Positions 38,701 to 49,706 of a stretch of 64,000 nt of DNA are shown here, one piece after another. Source of the stretch: Octopus bimaculoides (Eukaryota); assembly GCF_001194135.2 (NCBI RefSeq), contig NC_068990.1, forward strand, positions 44,895,743 to 44,959,742, in the 5' to 3' direction. The translations under genes and the position numbers were made by a program. Below the pieces are notes generated by a model that ran no database searches, was not told the origin of the DNA, and saw only the letters and a list, made by a program, of their open reading frames with translations. Positions within the stretch are counted from its first letter, which is position 1; every line of letters starts with the position of its first letter.

Positions 38701-41700
38701 ACCTATATTCACTTGAAGGTTACCAGTTGACAGAATCATTAGAGCATTAGACAGAATGCCTATCAACAATTGTTCCAGCTCTTTACATTTTTAGTTCAAG
38801 CAATCAATAAAGGTCAACTTTGCCTTTCATCCCTTTAAGTTTGATAAAAACAAAGTACCCAGTTAAGTACTGGAACTGATATAATCAACTATTCCTTTCC
38901 CACAAATCTCACCTTTGTGCCTATGTCAGAAACAATTATTGTATTCACTTGAGTTTACAAAATTTATACCAATTCTTGATAATATACCTCTCAAGAACAA
39001 ATCAAAAATAAAATTATGACAGTATTTTCAAAAGGTAAATCAATAACATTGTCCACTTACTGTGGCATCTTGCTCTCTTGGTATTTCGCAATCATCTTAG
39101 ACATCACTTCACTTTTCACATCCATATTGCCTTCAATGTCGTCCATATCTAATGCTCCAATTTCAGTGTCCTCATACTGCTCAAAGAACTGAAAAATATT
39201 GATGCAAAATTTTTAAGGTATCCGAAAAACTATTAGTAACACCCTATATTATTGCCAAGTTCCTGGTTTCAATTCATAGTTGAAAACATTTCACAGAATA
39301 AGTTTATATCCTATGAAAAAGAATGAATGAATGAACATCTACAATTTCATTTTTCCTTTACCTTATAAATCTCAAACCTCATAACTAAGCAAAATAGCAT
39401 TGTTGTTTAGCTCTAGAACAGTTCTGATTGTGCAAGCCTATGATCAAAGGTATTTCAATGCTCAACACTTTGTCTGTTATTATTTTTCAGAGAGAATGCA
39501 CCTAGGACTACATTATCCAAAGTTTTGTTACTTTTTAAGATGTTAAAAAAGTGCAATTTGAGAGAAAACTGACTATTTTCTAACAGGTTCAGCAACCATA
39601 AAGAGGCTCCTTTGTTGGTTCATGCAAAAATATTGTATTCATGTAAGTATGAACTTAATAATTATAAAAGTGCGTTGCTAGTGCCGATGGACTGGCTCTT
39701 GTGCAGGTGGCACGTAAAATACACCATTTCGAGCATGGCTGTTGCCAGTACCGCCTGACTGGCCCTCGTGCCGGTGGCACGTAAAAGCACCCACTACACT
39801 CTTGGAGTGGTTGGCGTTAGGAAGGGCATCCAGTTGTAGAAGCTCTGCCAAATCAGATTGGACCTGGTGTAGCTATCTGGTTCACCAGTCCTCAGTCAAA
39901 TCGTCCAACCTATGCTAGCATGGAAAGCGGACGTTAAACGGCGACAATGATGATGATCCTTATATAAGTCAATTCTAGTAAATTTAAACTTAGAACCCCA
40001 CTGCAATGTAGTTCAAATCCTACACAACTGACTTTACTTTAATTGCTCAGGGACTGATTTTTTTTTTAAATGGTCAGTCAAGTAATAGGCTGATTAAATA
40101 GAATAGATGGTTCCCTTTTGATCTTGTGCCTGTTGGAACTTGTAGTATTTAGTTACCAGCTCTTACACACTGAGTTCAAATTCTGCTGGTGTCATGCATA
40201 GTGAATGTTTCAAAGTACAAGAAATATGCTGGTTTCAGTTCACAAGATTTTGGATGTATTTAGTAAAATAACAAAACTTTACATTTCTTTCTATAGCAAG
40301 CTCATGATTTCTTTCTGTAGTAATCTTTACATTTTTTTCTATAGTAAGCACATAAGTTTCTGACATAAAAAATTTAGAAGGCTTGTATTAAAAAACCACT
40401 GTGTTAAGAAGCCATCAAGAATTTATTTTTTTAAAGGTGGCATACATATTGATATTTTGGTTTCATGGCCCTTAATCATGGTGGAACAAGAATAGAAATG
40501 ATAGGAATGAAATAAGATTCTAACTCATAGTGTCAAAAGTCAACCACATGGAGACAGCAGTTTGATAAACTTATATCTGTCAACTGGCAAAGATGTCAGA
40601 CCAGTCCTTAAGACAAAATATATTGGTGAGGATAAAACAATTACCACATTATCTGTCTCGTAAATTAATCAGTATCAGCAACAGGTACCTAGGACAATGA
40701 ATTCTTCAATGATAATCATTTTATCATAATACAAAACTCAACTCAATGCCATCTCAATGTTGTTAGTCAAATAACTTAAACCAAATTCAAATCATGTTTT
40801 AATTTAAATATGAACATAGGTGCAACAGTGGTAGTGTAGTAAGAAGTTTGCTTCCCAACCACATGGTTCTGAGTTCAGTCCCACAATATGGCAGTTTTGG
40901 CTAGTGTCTTCTACTATAGTGTCTTCTACTATAACCTGAGCTGAATAGATTTCATGGATAGAAATTCAAAGAAGCCCATCATATATGTCTAAATGTGAGT
41001 GTGTGTGTATGTTTGTTTCTTGTCTTCATATTATGTGATAGTTGTAAAATGATTGTCAATGTCATACAAGCAGTGTCCTTCATTTCCAATATTCTGCAAA
41101 AACATGTCTGGCCATGGAGAAATATTACCTTACTTTGAAACAAGGTTAGTGAGGTGTCCCACCATAGAAAATCTATCTCAATAAACTCTGTCTGGTCAAT
41201 GAGAGCATGGAGAAGTGGATGTTAAAATGATAATTAAAAGAGATGATATCATATTCATCCCCTTTACCTTTTCATCCTTTTGGGAGCTGTTAAAAAACAT
41301 ATCAATCCAAAACAATGAATTGGTAGAGCTTTAAGAACAGTGGACCAGCTGCCTTACAATATTTGTTCTGGTTCTTTGTGTTCTGAGTTCAAATCCCATC
41401 ATGGCCAACTTGGATGGACTTAATCCATTACTTTGTTTAACACTATTACCTGAAACTTTGGGTACCTTTAGAGGGGCCAACTCTGTGGCAAACATTCAGG
41501 TTAGGTCACCAGTTTGAGGATACCTTTCTCCTTCCCTCCCCACAGTTTAATAGGTCCTGTGTAAAATCATAAGTCCTGTCTTCTCTTCTGATTAAAGAGG
41601 AAAAAAAATCAGACATTTCAAAACAAATAAATAACTTACCTTTTCAAATTGATCATCAATGTCCTTCAGTGCTTCACTTCTTGGCACCACTGATGATGTC

Positions 41701-44700
41701 ATTGAGTAATTCGTGAAATGAGATTTGGTTTCTTCTTCCATGAAATAATCATCATCAGAATGTGCATCAGATCCAGATATATCTCCAAGATTAGAAGAAA
41801 TATCTGAACCACTCTCATCTGAATCATCTTCGTCTGAGCTATCCTCATCTTCACTTTAATAGAAAAGAAAAAAATATCAAATTAACTCATACTGAAATTA
41901 AAAACATCATCGATTTCTTACACAAACTTAACCACACAGCTACACCTGCATCTAATATTATTTTCCTTTTCCAAACAAATATGGTCGACAACTCCTGACA
42001 TTCTTTTATTCCATTGTTTCAGTCATTTGACTGCAGCCATGCTGGAGCACCACCTTGAAGGGTTTTAGTCAAACAAATCGACCCCAGGACTTATTTTTTA
42101 AGTCTAGTGCTTATTCTATCAGTCCCTTTTGCTGAATCACTNNNNNNNNNNNNNNNNNNNNNNNNNNNNNNNNNNNNNNNNNNNNNNNNNNNNNNNNNNN
42201 NNNNNNNNNNNNNNNNNNNNNNNNNNNNNNNNNNNNNNNNNNNNNNNNNNNNNNNNNNNNNNNNNNNNNNNNNNNNNNNNNNNNNNNNNNNNNNNNNNNN
42301 NNNNNNNNAAAAGACACCATTTCGAGCGTGGCCGTTGCCAGTACCGCCTGACTGGCCTTCATGCCGGTGACACGTAAAAGCACCCACTACACTCTCTGAG
42401 TGGTTGGCATTAAGAAGGGCATCCAGCTGTAGAAACTCTGCCAAATTAGATTGGAGCCTGGTGTTGCCATCCGGTTTCACCAGTCCTCAGTCAAATCGTC
42501 CAACCCATGCTAGCATGGAAGGCGGACGTTAAACGATGATGATGATGATGATGATATACACGACAGGCTTCTTTCAGTTTCTGTCTACCAAATCCACTCA
42601 CAAGGTTTTGGTTAGCCCAAGGCTGTAAAAGACACTTGCCCAAGGTGCCAAGCAGTGAGACTGAACCTGGAACCATGTGGTTGGGAAGAAAGCTTCTTTC
42701 CACACAGCCACACATGCTCAAGTCTTATTAAGATGTCATCAGTGAAGCATATCTTTCATCATGCTTGTCTAAGTAATGATGAAAGAATTACTAAATAAAT
42801 CCATAAGATTATATTTTTTAGCATAGGAAAAGAGAACTGTTAAGAAATTAAATGATTCAGTGACATTAACCACATACAAAGCAACAGATAGTTAGTGCTA
42901 ACATATTTTATCTTGAAAGCATTCTCCAATGTGTCCATATCAATCATATCTTCTGAACAGTACAAAGGCATAACGACTATGAATATCGAGAAAACATTAT
43001 CCAGTCAGATCCGACCCAGATATTCTCTGTTTTATGTTCAAACTCACTGGATCTGGCCTCTCACAGCTAACCTACAATGTCATTCGCAAAACAAACAATC
43101 ACATCATTGAAATCTCAAAGCTACAAGATAATGCATGATTAATTGAAAACAATGTGAATAAATAAGCTTTACATTTGACAGAGTAATCTGAATGCTGAAG
43201 AGTTAAGCATGAACAACACGTACACACACAGCCAGAACTTACAAGGCTGCTACATTTGCTAAGATTTGCCATTACTGAGAATCACTGCTGATGAGACATT
43301 CAACATTGCAAAGACTCATCATCATCATCATTGTTTAACGTCTGCCTTCCATGTTGGCATGGGTTGAACAGTTGACAGGAGCTGGCTAGGTAGAAGACTA
43401 CACAAGGCTTCTGTGTCTGTTTTGGCACAGTTTTTATGCCTGGATGCCCTTCCTAACACTAACCACCCAGCAGAGTCAACTCAGTGCGTTTTCTATCTAC
43501 CAGTACACAACCCTGTGCAGATGAAAATGGCACCCATTTGTGAACCTTGATTATAACAGGTACATGGGCAGTGTGGATCAACTGAACCAGATGATGAGTC
43601 ATTATCCGGTTGGTAGACTGGGTAATAAATGGTGGCAATACCTGGTTTGGTATATAGTAAACATGAGCATTGTAAATGCATTTATATTATATACCAAATC
43701 AGGAGGGGTTCGCAAGCGGTGTGACCATCTGCAATTCCAAGCAGAAGTAGCAATGCAGCTGAGGGCAGGTTATTCCTCCAAAAAAATATCTGCAGGAAGG
43801 AAAAGCAAAGCCTGCCAGAGAGATATCCCTCTGAGTTCAGCCGATCTACATAAATTACAAAACATCGGGGGTCGCAAAAGGCAGTGCCATGAATATCTAC
43901 ATCAACAAAGAAAAACTCCCAGTGGACAGCCAGTTGAAACGTCTTTCCAATGTGCATTCTGCAAGGTTGCAGTATGTAGAGTGGGATGTTTTACAAGTTT
44001 CCATGATAGAAATATTGTGTGAATATTGTATATATGTATAATTAGATTGTATAAATATTTTTCAAATTTACTTAGTTTTACTTTTTATTTTGATTTACCT
44101 GTAATTTTAATTAACCTGTAGTTTTAATTTGCTTGTAAGGTGAGTGACTAGTTTTGATTTAATTTCTATTGTAAATCTTTGTTATATATGTTCCTGTGTA
44201 TTCATGTATGTGTGTGAGTATATTTCATTTAGTTGATGTATTTAATTTTCTAGTTTTCTTCAAAAATAAATTCCAGTATTTCAGTTCATTTTACCTTTAT
44301 GGTACACCTGTTCTTCTGAGCATTAAATTCAACTGATAATCTAGTGATGTGCACAATTCTTTTATATCAAAATGTTGTTGCATAACCAATTGAATATTAG
44401 CTGATGACTCATTTTCTATGGTAATGTTTAAACAAAATTTTAATATTTTTACATTTTGCTCAGTTTATCTGGATTTACCTGTAACTAGAGTCACTTTGAG
44501 ACAAAAGTTATGCAATAGAATTGATTAAGAACCCTTTCTTCAATTATGTTCCAAATATCACATTAATATGTTGATAAGTAAAAAAGTTACAGTTGTTTAA
44601 TAAAACTAGTCTAAATTCATGATTATTTTAGAATTTAATTGAAACTCATGAGGGGTGTATTTTGGTTAGAAATATAGGAACAAAAGGGTTAAATATGTCA

Positions 44701-47700
44701 ACACTAGCCTACATGCGGTCTTGAGTACAGCCTACTAAAATTATAGAGAAATATAAAAAAAATTCACACACCTGTCCTTTTTATTTGCCATCATCATAAA
44801 GTCATCATCTAAAACGCATTCAGGATCCTCAAAATTATAATCTTCATCAAGAGCTGCAACAATATCTGGATCCCAATCCACCTTGGGTCCTGCAATGAAA
44901 TATGTGAACATCTTGTTTAGTAGAGAATTAAATAAACAAGGACAGGAAGTAAATGCATTTAGGCACAGACAGGTATAGCTTTGTGGCTAAGGAGTTTACT
45001 ACACAGCCATGTGGTTTCAGACTTGATCTCACAGCATGGCACCTTGTACAAGTGTTTTCAACTATAGCCTCAAGTTAATACTAATACTTTATGAATGAAA
45101 TTGGTAGACAGACACTGTACAGAAACTTATTATATACAAGCATGTGTGTTTGTGTATGTACACATACATGCATGTGAGTGCATATGTACAAATATACATA
45201 CAGTGTGAGTCATAAGCATCTTTGGTATTAAAATGAAAAACAATATTTAAAATGCTAAAGGTACTTTTAAATTACTTTGTTCATTCATTGATTTTATGCT
45301 TGTTTTTTTTCCATATAAACATGGATTAGATGGCTATTCAGGCATTATTTTACAACTAGACACTCTTCCTGTCACTAAATCATAACTGCTTTTCAAGTAT
45401 TCTGCATGTCTACAAAAGTACAAAGTCAGTAGACAGGAGAAATGATCGCAATCTCACCACTCATAGCTGAGTGATCTTTGGAGGTTCCAACACACACACA
45501 CACACACTCAGTATCTTCTAGCCAAACAGACCTCCACATTACCCATTCTCCACTCTCCAGAAAACACTATCCTCAACTTATAACATTACTCTTGCTTATA
45601 TTTTAAATGCTGAACTGCAATAGTTGAAATTCAACACCAACTACACTAGCTTCATCTTGTTATTCCCATTTTCACATAGAAAGCACTATGGGTGTGTCCC
45701 ACCTTCAGAAAATAACAACAATCTACTAACAACCAATCTTTACAAAAACTAGTAAAAATATGTTATTTTGCAACAAATAAAAGAAATTTTTTACCTGACT
45801 GAGGAGCAGCTTTGTTTAATAATCCAACTTTAGTCTCCACACCACTGCTAAATACAGTTGAGGGCAGGTGTAGCTTTACATCAGGTGCAGTTTTCTATAA
45901 TTTAGTGAGTAAGTTTATATAGTTTAGCTAGTGTTGCATATTTAATGCAGGTAGTATTTAAAAAAAAAAACTATAAACATTTATGCAGTAACAAAAGCTA
46001 TTAGTTACTAGTTAATGACTAACATTATTTTTGTGTTCTGAGAAGTATGGGAGATAATTCTGGATATATTTCCACTTTATAATGACTTCATCAATGAAGC
46101 ATAGTGTTTGCCATACTTGCTTCAGCAGTGATAAAATAATCACTTAGCATATGTACAAGATTGTAATTGTACACTGTTTGACACAGGAAAATAGAATTGT
46201 GTAAAAAATATAGTTTATTTAGAATAAGATACTATGTAAGCACTGAGATGTTCTCATCTATAACAGTGTAGTACATACCATAAATTCATTCATTCTACCA
46301 TAATATTTGAGTACCACAGAAACTCTTACCAATATTCTGCATGAGGAGTTATTTGATACTTTCCAAATTTATCATTTAAACTAACAACTGCATTCATCAC
46401 ATAAAAGTAAATCTCATTATAACAGATATTTTAGTTATTCTCCTTTAGTAAATATCATATAAATTAAAAAACATAAACTTCATTCAATTAAATGTCTTAA
46501 TTATTCCAGTCAGGTAAAGTGATAATGTCATATCATATATGTTACATCACATGAAAAATAAACCTTCATATGACAAATGCATTAATTATCTTGGGTAAAT
46601 ATTGTGATAAATATCATATAAATTACAAAGTATTCCTCTTCAGTAAATATGAGAAAGTCATACCATAAGTTACTTCTAATGAAGATAAATAACAAACATC
46701 TTAAATTATTCCACTCAGATAAATGTTGTGATATAATGCTATATCTCATGAAGATAAACTTTATGACAGATGTATTAGTTATTCCTGCTAGGCAAAAGTT
46801 ATAAAGCCACATTGTCTTACATCTCATAATGATAAAACCCATTATAATAGATGTCTTTATTTCACTCTGGTAGCTACTATAGCAGTGTCACATCCTAGGC
46901 AAACTTCCAAAATGATATCCTGTTCTACCATTCTAGATTTAACCCTTTTGTTACCATATTGCTATTGAAATAACACTGCCTTTGTTTCAAATAATTCTGA
47001 AGAATAATTTAGTAAAATGACTATGTTATTAAGCTGGTGTTTGGAACATAGATTAACACAAAATTTTGATAGGTTTTAATATGCATCACTTTAAAATGGT
47101 AAGTTTGTATCATAGAATCAGGTGCAGCATCAAGTGGGTTAACAACAAAAGGGTTAAATCCTTTAGTTCTTTGCTAATGTGAAAAGTATAGTCCATCTAT
47201 ATCTATCTGTGTAGACTCACAATCAAGTAGAATATTTTTTCATTTACTTACATCATAAATTAACGATAACCACTGGAAGTTATTTAAAATACTCACATAT
47301 GGCTCAGAGCTTATCATCTGAAATGTTTCAGTGTCATCTATTTCCAAAGTTTCATTTGCTTCCTTCAAATGTTGCAGATAGTTGTAGTCATCTTCAAAAT
47401 AAACGCCATATTTTCTTTGTTCTTCCAATTGCTGCTCTTTCTTATTCTATACAATAAAGGTTAGAATTACATTAAATTTTCCAAAAGTTAATCTAGGGGT
47501 GAACAAAGAATGCATATTTATACATTGATATAAAAATTAAGTGTGGATGCAAAAAGATATAACTCTTCTGGAAGGGAACTAAAAGTGAGTATCTGAAAGA
47601 CTGTTATATCCTTATGGATAAATGAATACACTGCAACAGTGTCATAACAATATAATCAAAACAAATGGCAGTAACCACACAGAACATAACAATCTTTTAA

Positions 47701-49674
47701 AAACCAATAATCCAATACACTAACTCTGAACTCCAACTTTGGACTATCAACACACGAACTATGGAACTAGCACGAACTGTGGAACTAGCACGAACTGTGG
47801 AACTAGCACGAACTGTGGAACTAGCACGAACTGTGGAACTAGCACGAACTGTGGAACTAGCACAAACTGTGGAACTAGCACAAACTGTGGAACTAGCACA
47901 AACTGTGGANNNNNNNNNNAACTGTGGAACTAGCACGAACTGTGGAACTAGCACGAACTGTGGAACTAGCACAAACTGTGGAACTAGCACAAACTGTGGA
48001 ACTAGCACAAACTGTGGAACTAGCACAAACTGTGGAACTAGCACAAACTGTGGAACTAGCACAAACTACTTCACTTACTCAGACCGCTACTATTTATGTT
48101 GTGGTCCAGTTCATTCTCGCCAAGAGGTGTCGTACTCTCGCACAATATAGACTCAATATTTTATAAGCCACATATAAGTTTATATTTATATTTAAAGTAC
48201 AACCAGGTACAGGCATGATTGTGTACTTAAGAAGTCCACTTTGAAATCCAATTTGGGTTCAGTCTTGTTCCACAGTAACTCAGACAAGTATCTTCTGCTA
48301 CAACCTTGGGCTAACAAATGCTCTCGAGAGTGAATCTGGTACAATGGAAACTGTGCATGTGCAGGCATCTTTGCTGTGCTTGTTTCTCCTGTTTACTGCT
48401 CGATCATCATCATCATCATCATCGTTTAACGTCCGCTTTCCATGCTAGCATGGGTTGGACGATTTGACTGAGGACTGGTGAAACCGGATGGCAACACCAG
48501 GCTCCAGTCCGATTTGGCAGAGTTTCTACAGCTGGATGCCCTTCCTAACGCCAACCACTCAGAGAGTGTAGTGGGTGCTTTTACGTGTCACCCGCACGAA
48601 AACGGCCACNNNNNNNNNNNNNNNNNNNNNNNNNNNNNNNNNNNNNNNNNNNNNNNNNNNNNNNNNNNNNNNNNNNNNNNNNNNNNNNNNNNNNNNNNNN
48701 NNNNNNNNNNNNNNNNNNNNNNNNNNNNNNNNNNNNNNNNNNNNNNNNNNNNNNNNNNNNNNNNNNNNNNNNNNNNNNNNNNNNNNNNNNNNNNNNNNNN
48801 NNNNNNNNNNNNNNNNNNNNNNNNNNNNNNNNNNNNNNNNNNNNNNNNNNNNNNNNNNNNNNNNNNNNNNNNNNNNNNNNNNNNNNNNNNNNNNNNNNNN
48901 NNNNNNNNNNNNNNNNNNNNNNNNNNNNNNNNNNNNNNNNNNNNNNNNNNNNNNNNNNNNNNNNNNNNNNNNNTTCCTTAAAAGACTGATACCAAACAAA
49001 TAATGATCCATAATGGTTCAGGCCATCAGAAAATTATAAAAATCTATTCAAATACTCACTCAAGGAAAAATAACCAAAATAATTTCTAACTTTGGCTCCT
49101 TATGACTCACAATAAAATTTGATCTGAGCACTAGATCAAATAAGAGCCACTTGAGCATGGTGAATTGTTCTCTCTCACAGCACCTATTTTCAGACTGTGC
49201 AATTAATTAGGGAAAGTTAAGTGCATTTGTCAGAAACAGAGCACAGAGTTCATGCTCCATGAACTCTCAACTTTATGGTTACTAGTTCAATTCTCTAACA
49301 AAACTTCATTTAAAATAAAGCATTAAAAAAATCCTGAAATCAATGAACCAGTAAGAAAAGAAAATAATGAAATTGAAACTTACCCTACCAGAAGGCAGTA
49401 GTACAAAATGAGAAGCATCTTCAGACACAAGCATAGGATCTTGTTGACTTCGATGCACAAGATGGAAAGTAACTGCATTCTTTTTGTCGATGAATTTCGT
49501 CTTGCGTCTAGGCTAAAAAGAAATTTCAAATCAAACTGTTTTATTAAAAAATATACATGTAAGCTACAGATAAATTCAAACCTGTCACTTTTATAAAAGA
49601 TCTTTGTATTATAAAAGAAATTTGAAAAAAGTAACAAAGAAAACAATGGTAATGTAAAATGTATGTGCGTTTGT

Positions 49675-49706
<32 letters not shown>

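Noticed and set aside
12238-43300. Other CTGATGA / CCGATGA hits (12238, 13879, 43278) as hammerheads
   Set aside because: No correctly placed stem II + GAAA + NUH + stem I arrangement.
47697-48166. ORFs of repeating ELARTV / VLVPQF / NCGTST, and a CRISPR-like look
   Set aside because: An 18-bp head-to-tail minisatellite is open simply because the unit is a multiple of 3. There are no unique spacers, no cas genes, and the context is eukaryotic.
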